The translations under genes were made by a program, and so were the position numbers. From positions 62,001-126,000 of the forward strand of contig QPMI01000100.1 in NCBI GenBank assembly GCA_004431415.1: a stretch of 64,000 bases of DNA, in the 5' to 3' direction. The notes under the pieces were generated by a model that saw nothing but the letters and a program-made list of their open reading frames with translations, was not told the origin of the DNA and ran no database searches. This document shows, piece after piece, positions 1 through 9,869 of the stretch. The stretch's first letter is position 1. The number at the start of each line of letters is the position of its first letter. The stretch is from Cyanophora paradoxa CCMP329. Lineage: Eukaryota > Plantae > Glaucophyta.

Positions 1-835
1 GGGAGCAGCCAAGGTCGGCAGCATGCAGGGCGAGTACGAGGCGAACAAGTGGCGCATCGCCTCGGCGTTCGCGCCCGACGCGCCCGGCCACAAGGACTTG
101 GTGCGGCGGCTTGCGCCTCATCCGTATCCGGCTCGCGTTTGTCTGAACGGTCTGCTCAGGCTAGCAAGGCGACTCCCGAGGAGCTGGGGCCCGGTGTGTA
201 CGAGGGCGCAGCCAAGGTCGGCAGCATGCAGGGCGAGTACGAGGCGAACAAGTGGCGCATCGCCTCGGCGTTCGCGCCCGACGCGCCCGGCCACAAGGAC
301 TTGGTGCGGCGGCTTGCGCCTCATCCGTATCCGGCTCGTGTTTGCCTGAACGTTCTGCTCAGGCGAGCAAGGCGACTCCCGAGGAGCTGGGCCCCGGCGT
401 CTACGAAGGCGCAGCCAAGGTCGGCAGCATGCAGGGCGAGTACGAGGCGAACAAGTGGCGGATCGCCTCGGCGTTCGCGCCGGACGCCCCAGGGCACAAG
501 GACCTCGCCAGCAAGGCGACTCCGGAGGAGCTTGGCCCCGGCGCCTACGAGGGCGCATCCAAGGCCGGCACCATGCTCGGCGAGTTCGAGGCGAACAAGT
601 GGCGCATCGCTTCGGCCTTTGCGGCCGACTCGCCGGGGCACCAGGACCTGGCGAGCAAGGCGACGCCGCCGGCCGTCGGCCCGGGCGCCTACGCCAACGC
701 GATGAACACGCTTCAGGGCGACCTGGCCGCCGACATGCGCCAGTCCGCCGCCTTTGTGGGGGCGGCCCCCGGGCACCAGGACCTCGCCAGCAAGGCGACG
801 CCGCAGGGCGTCGCCCCCGGCACGTACGCCGACCC
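1..835 (+). repeat. Coding tandem repeat, 144-bp exon unit (203 bp where the 59-bp intron is included)
   Basis: Exon 160-303 plus intron 304-362 is near-identical to 1-159; further intron-less units follow from 363 and progressively diverge. Confidence 0.9.
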
Positions 836-1862
836 CGCCGGCATGGCCATCGACGCCCAGCGCCGCGCCGTCGCCGGGCCCTCGTCCGGCATGGCCCCGC
901 GTGCGCCCGCCCGACCCGATTTGATTCGATTTGATTCTGATTTGATCCGCAGCGGTGGGCCCCGGGTCGGAGGGCGCCGGCTCTCCCACCTCGCCCCATT
1001 CGCCGGGGGCCGGGTACGGCTGGAAGACGATCGCGGCGCGCGCGAAGAAGGCGCGGGAGCAGGCGGAGAAGCTGAGCCAGATCCGGGCCTCGCTCGCCTC
1101 GCTCCCCACGGCCCGCGCCCGGGCACGCGAGCCGGGCGCCTACATGCAGGAGACCCAGTCGAGCCGGACCCGCCGCGGGGACAGCCGAACCGGATCCCTG
1201 GACCAGGGCCAGCCGACGGCCGGCGCCCCCGCGCCGGCCCCGGAGGCAGCCCCGGGCCCGGAGCGCTCGGCCGGCCCGAGCCCGAGCCCGGCGACCCGGC
1301 GGGCGGCGGCGAGCCCCGTGGCGGGCCTGCCCTCGGGCGGGCGCGCGGCCGGGGCCCGAACCTGCGGGCCTCGATCGACTCGCTGCACAGCCTCAAGGCG
1401 GCCATGCGGGCGGCCGGCGGGCTCGAGGCGCCCCCGCCCGTGCGCGAGGCCGTCTCGCCCTCCCCACCGCGCCCCGCCGGCCCCAGACCGCGCGCCGCGC
1501 CCCGGGGCCCGCCCCGGCCCCATGGCCCCGCCCGCCACCGCCCCGCGCGCCGCACGGCGGGGAAGACCCCCGCGGCGGGCGGCTCCCCGCCGGGCAGCAG
1601 CGGCCCCGCCGCGGCGGCAGCGGGGCGGAACCCGCCGCTGGGGGCGACGTCGGACGAGAGCGCGCGCTCGCTGGTGGACGTCGCCCGCGACCTCATGCGG
1701 CTCTACGGCGCCCAGGGCCAGGGCGTCAAGGTCGTCATCCAGCTGCCCCAGGGCGCAGACGGCGCCCCCGCCGCCGTCCCGACCCTAACCCTCGCCACCG
1801 CCGGCGAGGCCTCCTCCTCCTCGTCGCCCCCGCCGGCCGAGCCACGCTCCGCCTGGGCGTGA
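1..1862 (+). CDS. 5'-truncated protein with 48-aa PG-rich repeats (SHIPPO/ODF3-like GPGxY motifs) and a low-complexity C-terminus
   Basis: Repeats ASKATPEELGPGVYEGAAKVGSMQGEYEANKWRIASAFAPDAPGHKDL; GT-AG introns 101-159, 304-362, 901-952 restore frame. One unexplained frame switch near 1320-1360 (indel or sequencing error) is needed to reach the stop at 1860-1862. Family assignment rests only on GPG(V/A)Y + SAF motifs. Confidence 0.6.
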
Positions 1863-2425
1863 TCGACCGCGGGCCGCGGCACTGCTTTTTTCCTCGGGTC
1901 TTTCTTGAATGAATGCACAGGTAGCCAGCCAGCCACTAGACTAGCCCTCAGCCTGTAGTCTATGTAACGCTTTTAGTCTTTTGATGTCGTCCCGCCCGTG
2001 CCCTCGTAGCTGTCGTTAGCTATAGGGGCGGCCCTGTTTACACGATGTACATGCATGTTTCTTGAATTTGACGACATAACGATGGCCTTGGACCACACAT
2101 GCTCGAGATCAGTGGGTTAGCTAGGACAAGCGGCTAACGCCGGGCGCCCTCCGCCGGACTGGATCCCCGAAGCCGACCCCAGGCCTGGTCCTTCTAGATC
2201 CATGCCAAATTGAAGCTAAGCGAGGAGAACGCACCGTCACCCCAGCAACCAGGCTGAAGCCAGTCCCCAGAGCTCGAGTTCGAGCGCATTCGACATCGCT
2301 TCTGGCCCTCTGCTCTCGAGCTCCACGGCCCTCGGAGCACTGCGAGGCTAGAATCGCGCGGCTTGCAGGGCGTGGCTCAGCTTGGGTACTTGTGCGCCCC
2401 CTCGTAGTACGTCTCTGGCCCTTCT

Positions 2426-2580
2426 CTTGCTCTTGCTTTACGTCTCTTGCCCTTCAGGCTTGCTTGGCACTTGGGCGCCCCGGCCCTTGCTCGGCACTTG
2501 GCACTTGCTACTTGAGCTTGCTACTTGAGCTTGCACATCACTTGAGCGCTTGGCGCTTGCGCTTGGCAGCTCCGCCTTGG
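2426..2580. repeat. CTTG/CAAG-rich low-complexity tract in the SR gene 3' region
   Basis: Dense CTTG units (cacttgg, tacttgagcttg, gcgcttg) directly downstream of the SR stop codon. Confidence 0.6.
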
Positions 2581-2625
2581 CACAGGGGCTCTCTCTACTT
2601 TGACTGCTTGCACCCGCCCGCGCGC

Positions 2626-3772
2626 TCACGCGTCGAGCTCGTCCTTCTTAGGGCTCCCCGCGTCGCCGCCCTTGGCGGGGCTCCGCTCCCGGTTGGCGGG
2701 GCTCCTCTCCCGGTCCTCAGGCGACCGGCTCCGGTTCCGCTTGCGAGGCGGGCTGGCCGAGGCCGAGCGCCGGCGCTCGTCTGCGGTCCGACAGACCACG
2801 TCAGAAAGGAGGCGTGCGAGGAAAGAAAGGGCGCGGGGAGCAAAGGAAGCGCACCGCGGGGCCGTTCGCGATCGCGATCACCGTCGCGGCGGTCGCGGTC
2901 GTCGCGGCGCGGCGGAGGCGAGCGCCGGTCGTCGCGGTCGTCACGGCGCGGGGGAGGAGGGCGCCGGTCGGGCGAGCGCCGCCGGTCGTCGCGGTCACGG
3001 GAGCGCCGCCGGTCGCGGCGGGGAGACACTGAGCGCCTCCGGCGAGGGGACCCTGCGGAAGTGTCGGACCCTGCACGGGCGCAGAGCGAAGGCGGGGGTG
3101 AACGAACGGCTGCGGGAGCGGCTGCTGCGGCGGCGGCGGTCCCGGTCGCGGCTGCGCGAGCGGCGACGCTCCTCACCACCGGACCTCGAGTCGTCCCGAG
3201 ACCGCATGGTCTTCGCGTCCTTGCGGTCGCCCTCGGCGAACATCTGCCCGTCGCGTTTCAGGCATCTATGAAAAGAAAGAACAAGGACGAGATGCCGTAC
3301 CACGGCGAGCTCGCGGCCGTTCCACATGGTGCGGTCCATCTTGTTCTGCGAGGCGGATAAGCGTTGTCCGGAAAACGGATGGCAGGGCTGACGCGCACCT
3401 TGGCGTCCTCAGCGTCTCGAACGTCGACGAACTGCACGAACCCGAAGCCACGCGGCTCCCGAGTGTAGTAATCGCTGCGCGAGCATGAGCCATACGCCGG
3501 AAGGAGGGAACGAACGAACTCACAGCGGAAGGTACACGTCCTATGGCGTCGCGAAAAGAAGTTAGCTTCGGCGAAAGGCACGGGCACAGCTGGAAGCGGC
3601 ACCTTGATGTCGCCTGCGTGAGAAGACGCGGTTAGCTGCGCCGGGAAAGTACGGGAGCGACGAATCTTCACGCACCGAACTTCGAGAACATCTCGCGCAG
3701 CTCATCCGGCTTGCAGTCGCGAGGAATGTTCCGAACGTGCAAGCTCGCGGCGTTGCGCTCCCGGGGAGGCAT
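2626..3772 (-). CDS. SR splicing factor, SC35-like (SCL/SRSF10-type): RRM + RS domain
   Basis: Spliced product MPPRERNAASLHVRNIPRDCKPDELREMFSKFGDIKDVYLPLDYYTREPRGFGFVQFVDVRDAEDAKNKMDRTMWNGRELAVMFAEGDRK followed by an RS/RD-rich tail ending KKDELDA*; RNP1 RGFGFVQF; micro-exons 3603-3613 and 3524-3540. Confidence 0.93.
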
Positions 3773-3896
3773 TCTCGCGGGCACAGACGCTCAGGCTGCA
3801 AAGTCGAGTGATCGAAGGGTTCCTGGGCGTCCCGGAGGATTAGGCCGTCGCCACAGGAAAGCCTGGAAAGCAGAAGCCGGGGTACGGCAAACAAAG

Positions 3897-6202
3897 ATGC
3901 TCGCGGCGAACAGGGCGGCGGTGCGGGCCGCCAGCGGCCGCCTCGCGACCAGGTGAGGCTTTACCGATACCGAGCTGCCCGCGCCCCGCCGACACCGCCT
4001 CCGTGAAGCGCCAGAGTCGGCACTCTGGCGGCGGCCGCGCCCGCACATGCGACCCTCACACAGCCTGCACGGGGAGTGTTCTGCGCGAGGATAGTGGACG
4101 CGCGCGCCCCGGAGCCGCGCGCGCCGCTCAGCCGGACAATATCATCGCCAGCCCGGCGCCATTACTCAGCTCTGCCCGCTCATATGGTGTTGCCGATGCC
4201 AGCTCTTTCTCCAACGATGATGGAGGGCAACCTCGCTGAGTGGCGCGTGAAGGAGGGCGACAAGGTATGCGGGGCCGGCCGCGCGCAGATCGCGGGCCGC
4301 CGTGAGCCGCCGGTGCAGGTCGCGGCGGGGACTGTGCTGGCGGCGATTGAGACTGACAAAGCCACGCTGGACTGGGAGTCGATCGAGGACGGAGTCGTCG
4401 CTAAGATTCTCATCAAGCCGGGCACTCCCTCCGTCAAGGCGCGCCGCATGCGCAGCATCCATCAAAGCGCCGGCGGCCGCTAACGGCCCCGCGCAGGTCG
4501 GCACTCCGGCGCTGGTGGTGGTCGAGTCGGCCTCGGACGTGGGCGCCTTCGCCAACTACACGCCCCCGGCGGCCCCCGCGGCGCCCGCGGCTCCCCCAGC
4601 CCCAGCGGCAGCGGCGGCGCCCGGCCCCTCGACCCCCGCGCCCGCGGCGGCGGCTCCGGCGGCCCCGGCGGCCAAGCCTGCGGCGGGCGGGCACACGAAG
4701 ATCGACTTCAGTAACGTGGCGGTCTGGCCGACGGCGAAGCGCCTCATGATCGAGCACGGGCTGAGCCCCGAGGACGTGCGCGGGAGCTCCAAGCGGCCCA
4801 TCTGCAAGGAGGACGTTCTGCGCGCCATCGAGCGCGGTGTGAAGCCCTCGGGCGGCGCGGGCCAGGCGGTCCGTAGGCGGTCTCTAAGTTGCGCGCTTGT
4901 TTCTTATCCCTGCGCAGGCCGGCGCCGCTGGTGCGCTGCCCTTCAAGGTCGAACGCATCCCCGCGCCGGAGGCCCGGCCGGTGCGCCCCTCGCCTGCGCC
5001 CGCGAGCCTTCCCCGCCCGCCCGCCCGCCCGCCCGCCGCTCATCCATGACCGCAGGCGACGGCGGGCGCGAAGTTCGCCGAAGTCCCTCACAGCCAGGCG
5101 CGCCAAGCTGTAAGGGGAGCGAGGCGGGCGCCGGCCGCGGCTGACGGGGCCGGGGGGCGGGGGGGTGCAGATCAAGAAGATCACGGCGCAGCGGCTGACG
5201 CAGTCGAAGCAGACGGTACCCCACCAGTACTTCTACGCCGACGTACCCCTGGACGCCCTCCTCGCCACCCGCCAGCACTTCGCCGGTGAGAGCCTCGGGG
5301 GCACAGGCCCCTCCCGCCTTTCCTTCCGAGCCCGGCCGACCGCCGCGGCCCCCGCAGCCGAGTTCGGGGTCAAGGTTTCCGTCAACGACTTCATCGTCAA
5401 GGCCGTCGCGTCGGCCCTGCGGGAGGTCGGCCGCGCCTGCCGCCCGCCGCCGCGCTCAGCCCTGCGCCCCGCGCTGATGCCCCGGGCTAGGTTCCCGAGG
5501 TCAACGTGGGGTACGTGGATGGCAAGGGGGCCGTACCCAACGCGGCCATCGACGTTGCCGTCGCAATGGTACCCCTCCCGCGCGCCGGGCTAGGTCGCGC
5601 GCGGATCCGCGCGCGTCTGACGAGGGCCCGACAGGCGACGGACCGCGGCTTGATCGTGCCGGTCGTGCGGGGGGCCGACGGCAAGGGCGTCGGCGCGATC
5701 TCGGGCGAGGTCAAGGAGCTCGCGGCGAAGGCCAAGACGGGCCGCCTCAAGCCCGAGGAGTTCACCGGCGGCTCCATCACGCGCGCACCCCCCCCCCGTT
5801 AACCGGCCGGCCTAAAAATAGCGACCCTGAAGTGGCCCCGCAGGATCTCGAACCTGGGGATGTTCGGCGTGGCCGAGTTCTCGGCAATCGTGAACCCCCC
5901 CATGGCGTGCATCCTGGCCGTCGGGGCGGGCGAGGCCCGGGCCCCGAGCGCCGCCGTTCTGGATCTGGACAATCCCGAGGGCCCGACCAGCGCCGAGCTG
6001 CTGGTCAGCCTGCCCATCCTCCCCTCGCTTTCCTTCCTTCCGCTAACGCACGCACGCCTTCCGCGAGCAGAAGATGCAGCCGATGACGGTGATGACCGTC
6101 TGCCTCTCGGCGGACGCGCGCTGCGTGGACGAGGTCGACGCCGCCCGCTTCCTCCGCTCCCTCCAGGGCTTCCTCGTCTCCCCCAGGCGCCTCCTCCTGT
6201 GA
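3897..6202 (+). CDS. Mitochondrial 2-oxoacid dehydrogenase E2-family protein, probably E3-binding protein (PDHX-like), catalytic His absent
   Basis: Arg/Ala-rich presequence [19 protein letters not shown]; lipoyl domain [18 protein letters not shown]; Ala/Pro linker; PSBD-like [18 protein letters not shown]; core [21 protein letters not shown]; C-terminus [21 protein letters not shown]. Confidence 0.9.
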
Positions 6203-6628
6203 GCCTTCGAGTAGTCTGACGCCAGCCGCCGCCCGGCCCGGCCCGACCCGCGCCCTATTTGTAGCCCATTAACGTTCGTGGTATGTTTCAATGAGATGCA
6301 GTCTTTAGCAGCGATTCGAGCTCGAGATCTAGATTACATGCTCCTACAAACGCTCTCCGGGGGGATACATACGCAAAATACACTATAGCACACACAAGTA
6401 CGACGCGCATACGGGTTGGCGTGGGCGGAGGCGCGGGCTCCGTGAAAATCAAGTGAAGGCTACTCGCGTTCGAAACTCTAACCTTGAAACGCCCACCGGA
6501 GGCGATAAATAGGAGGTTGGCAATGTACAGCGCAAGACTGCTTTCCTAAAAATCCTGGGAGCACGCGAACGGGGATGGAAGGAATGCTGGACCCCTCTCT
6601 CTAGCCGGCGTATGCTGTACCCCCATCT

Positions 6629-8437
6629 CTAGCCGGCGTTGGCGGGCTCGTTGCTGTAGATGTCGAGGGCGGTGCGGGCGATGACGGGCCCGCCGCCGTA
6701 CTTGTCGTGCAGGAACTCCCACACGGTCCGGTTGATCCCGCGGTAGTGCTTCGCCTTGACCAGGTTCGGGCGCGGCGTCCCGTCTGCCTGAAGCAGACGG
6801 TCGTTCGCGATGGGGCCCGGAGGCTCCTCGCCCATGCCTGCACCGCCCCGGCGTGAGCGGCGGAGCAAAGCAAAGCAGAGCAGACCAAAGCAAAGCAAAG
6901 TACTTGCCGGCGAAAGCAAAGTTGCGCCAGGTCTCGAGCCAGACGCTGTCGATGACGTACCAGCACTCGTTGTCCGGCACGGACGTCGAGTCGTGTTCCT
7001 TCACGTAGTCTGCACGACCGCGCGTTAGGCCGTGCAGGCAGGCAGGCGCAAGGAGGCGCAGGGGCGCGGGCGGGCGCGCACCGCCCTCGCGCTTGCGGCG
7101 GCTCTTCAGGCCCCGGATGCTCCGGCGGGCGCCGGCGCTCTGGGGTACGCTCTGCGGACGGCTTCAGCGATTCGATCCGATACGAGGCGGAATGGAATAC
7201 GGGCATCGAAGGGGCGGGCGCGCCTTCACGAGGGCGATCTTCTTGTATGCCTCGAGGAGGACTTCGTTGGGGACGATCCCCGTCTTCTCGACCTCGTTGG
7301 CGAGGACCTCGGCGCTGATGTTCTCGAAGCGGATGAAGGGCGCCAGACGCGCGAACTTGGCGGACGTGTCCTTCCGGATCTGAGACATGCTCCCGCTCCC
7401 CGCCGACTCGTCATCGGAGAGATCCACGGATTGGACCTTGCTGGCCTGGTGCTCCGCCCACTTCAGGCACGAGCGGAAGATGTCCGTCTGCAGTCGCGCG
7501 AGTGAGCGCGCGATCTTGGAGTGCTCGAACAGCGGCCAGGCTCGCGTGCACCTCGTCCAGGTCGAGCTCGTCCTTCTGCAGGATGCGCATCAGGATCTCC
7601 TCCGAGAGAAGGAGGAACCCCCGGTCGTTGAAGATCGACGACGCGTTGTCCGCGATGTACCTCGCGCACCTGCGCGCGCGACAGCGAGTCAGCAGCGCGC
7701 GCGACCGCAGACCGGGCGCTACCGCACTCGTCCTCGATGCCCTCCAGAGCCGGGACAGCCATCGCGAGATCTTGCGCACACAAAATTCAGTCATTAAAGC
7801 CGCAAAGAAAGCTTCGAGTCACTCACGCATAAACTTGCAGGCCGTCTCCATCGAGATCTTGTCCTTGATGAAGCGAAGGCAGAGGTCGCGCAGGGCGATG
7901 ACGCCGAACTGATCCGCAACGGTGGCGATCTCCCCAACATCTTCGACGCTCAGCGAGATCGAGCCTGACGAAGTTTCAGTCGGCCGAGCCGCAGGGGCGA
8001 ACGCAGCAACCGCGCAAACCCGAGTAGCAGAACTTCATGAACTTCTTGAAGGTCACGGCGTTGCAGTCATGAATCTGAACCTGGTCCTGCTTCGACTCTC
8101 TGAAGCCGGCCGTGAACATAGCCCTGCAACCGGGATCGGTGCGTGAGCGTCTGGCGTTCAAACCGAGGCTCGATCGCACTAACCGGAACACAGACGAGAT
8201 TGCAGCAAGTACAGCACGGTGAGCGCGGAGTTTTTCACCGTCCTCGAAGACGAGGGTCACGTCAAGCAGCGCGGTGTCCTCGAGGAGGCCGCTGAGGCCA
8301 GTGACTGCTCGCCCGCAAGACCGATCAGCGTTGCGCGGCACGCTTGTTTGATCTAGTATGTGCATCTGAACCGCGCGGAATGAGTGGATATCGAGCACCG
8401 ATGGCGGTCGTGTTTGAGTAAGAGTCAGGGTTGTCAT
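6629..8437 (-). CDS. BTB/POZ-BACK protein with C-terminal DUSP domain
   Basis: BTB (DVTLVFEDGEKLRAHRAVLAAIS..FRAMFTAGFRES..FCYSG); BACK (FLLLSEEILMRILQKDELDLDE.DIFRSCLKWAE..IRFENIS); DUSP (WYVIDSVWLETWRNF..PPGPIANDRLL..HYRGINRTVWEFLHDKYGGGPVIAR). Start codon tentative. Confidence 0.85.
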
Positions 8438-9128
8438 CGTCGGCCGAAACAGAGGCAACGCTGCTGCCTGGTTCTACCTTCCTGCGTTTTCTGCTCGCCA
8501 TGTTCGATTGCGAAGCTGTTTGGACCGCCCGCGTGCGAAGGTCGCGTTTTCACTTGCGCAAAGCTTTCTCAAGCGGTTGCGCCGAAGCCAGGCTGCTGGG
8601 GGCGTCAGAAGAGAGACAATCCGGGCGGGGGAAAGGTTTTCTACCGCGCACACACCTCGGATGACGCCTGCGTAGCCGCCGGGGAGAGAGGGCGCGGGGC
8701 CCGCGAACTTGTGATGGCTGTACCCTGACCGGAGGGGTACCCGGCGGAGAGATACAAGGGACCGCCGGACGTCGACTCCGAGCTCGAGCTGATCGTATGC
8801 ATGAATGCCGGCGCCGGCCGTGCGCGCGGTACGTACACGCTAGATCGAGCTCGAGTCATGCATATGCTCGAGTCTGGATCCAGCGAATTCCCGAAACTTG
8901 ACACTTGAAAGCGATCGCGATATCGATACTACAATGATTGCGCATGCCTTAATCAGTACCTTAGTACGCATATGCAAATCCCGCAGCCTGCAGCTGGCAG
9001 TGCAAAGATCTTGAGACTCGTGGCCATGGCCATCATGGCATGGGGATTAGCGCAAAGACAGCAAAATCGCATAAAATAAAGCACAGCTATTCACAAACAA
9101 CTACAGATCGGAATCACACAGGACACAC

Positions 9129-9613
9129 TCATGCGTACTTGGTCTTAAGCTTCTTCGCGATCTCGATGTACGCCTTCATGGCGTCCTCCTTGCTCATGCC
9201 TGGAAAAGGGGGTGATCGGTTGGGAACAGGGCCAATGCATAAGAGTGCGAGACAGCGCACCCTTGCGGCCGTTCCATGCCTCCCACTTCGCCTTGCCGGT
9301 GAAATCGAGCATGCCAGGCTTAGCTGCACGCGAGGCGCGTCAGAGCCGGGGCAGAGCGCGCGCGGAGTGCGCACGGGTGGTGTTGTCGCCAGACTTCGCC
9401 TGCTTGAAGAGGCCGTAAAGCTCGAGCATCTCCTCGTTCGAGGGAGTCGCCGAGAGCTCCTTGACCTCGCCCGCCGCCGCCTCGAAATCCTCCTGCGGAG
9501 ATCGCGCATCAGGATGATCGGCCGACGCGCGCGGTCCCCTCATTCAACGCTCTGCGCTGGAGAGACTGGAGGGACTCTCTGAGAGGCACGGGATCACTCG
9601 CCTCAAGGCCCAT
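9129..9613 (-). CDS. ACBP: Acyl-CoA-binding protein
   Basis: Spliced [87 protein letters not shown]; first intron 9493-9601 is GC-AG. Confidence 0.96.
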
Positions 9614-9869
9614 CGTTGGAACTGACGAAGAGCGAGGTCAGCGCGGGGAGGGCGCGGGATAACGGGCAGGCGCAAGCTGAATGATCGAGTGCGCGGCGCG
9701 CGCAATGCGCACCTGGTGCAAGAGAGACGATAAATGGCCCCGATCCGGTGAAGGCTGTACCCCAGCGCGCCTATCTGAACTTCGCTAGGCTCACCTACAG
9801 CCTTCTGCCGGCGCCCTAGCCATCGCGTCTCAACTCGGTTAAACCTCGCGACACTGCGGCAACGGAAGG

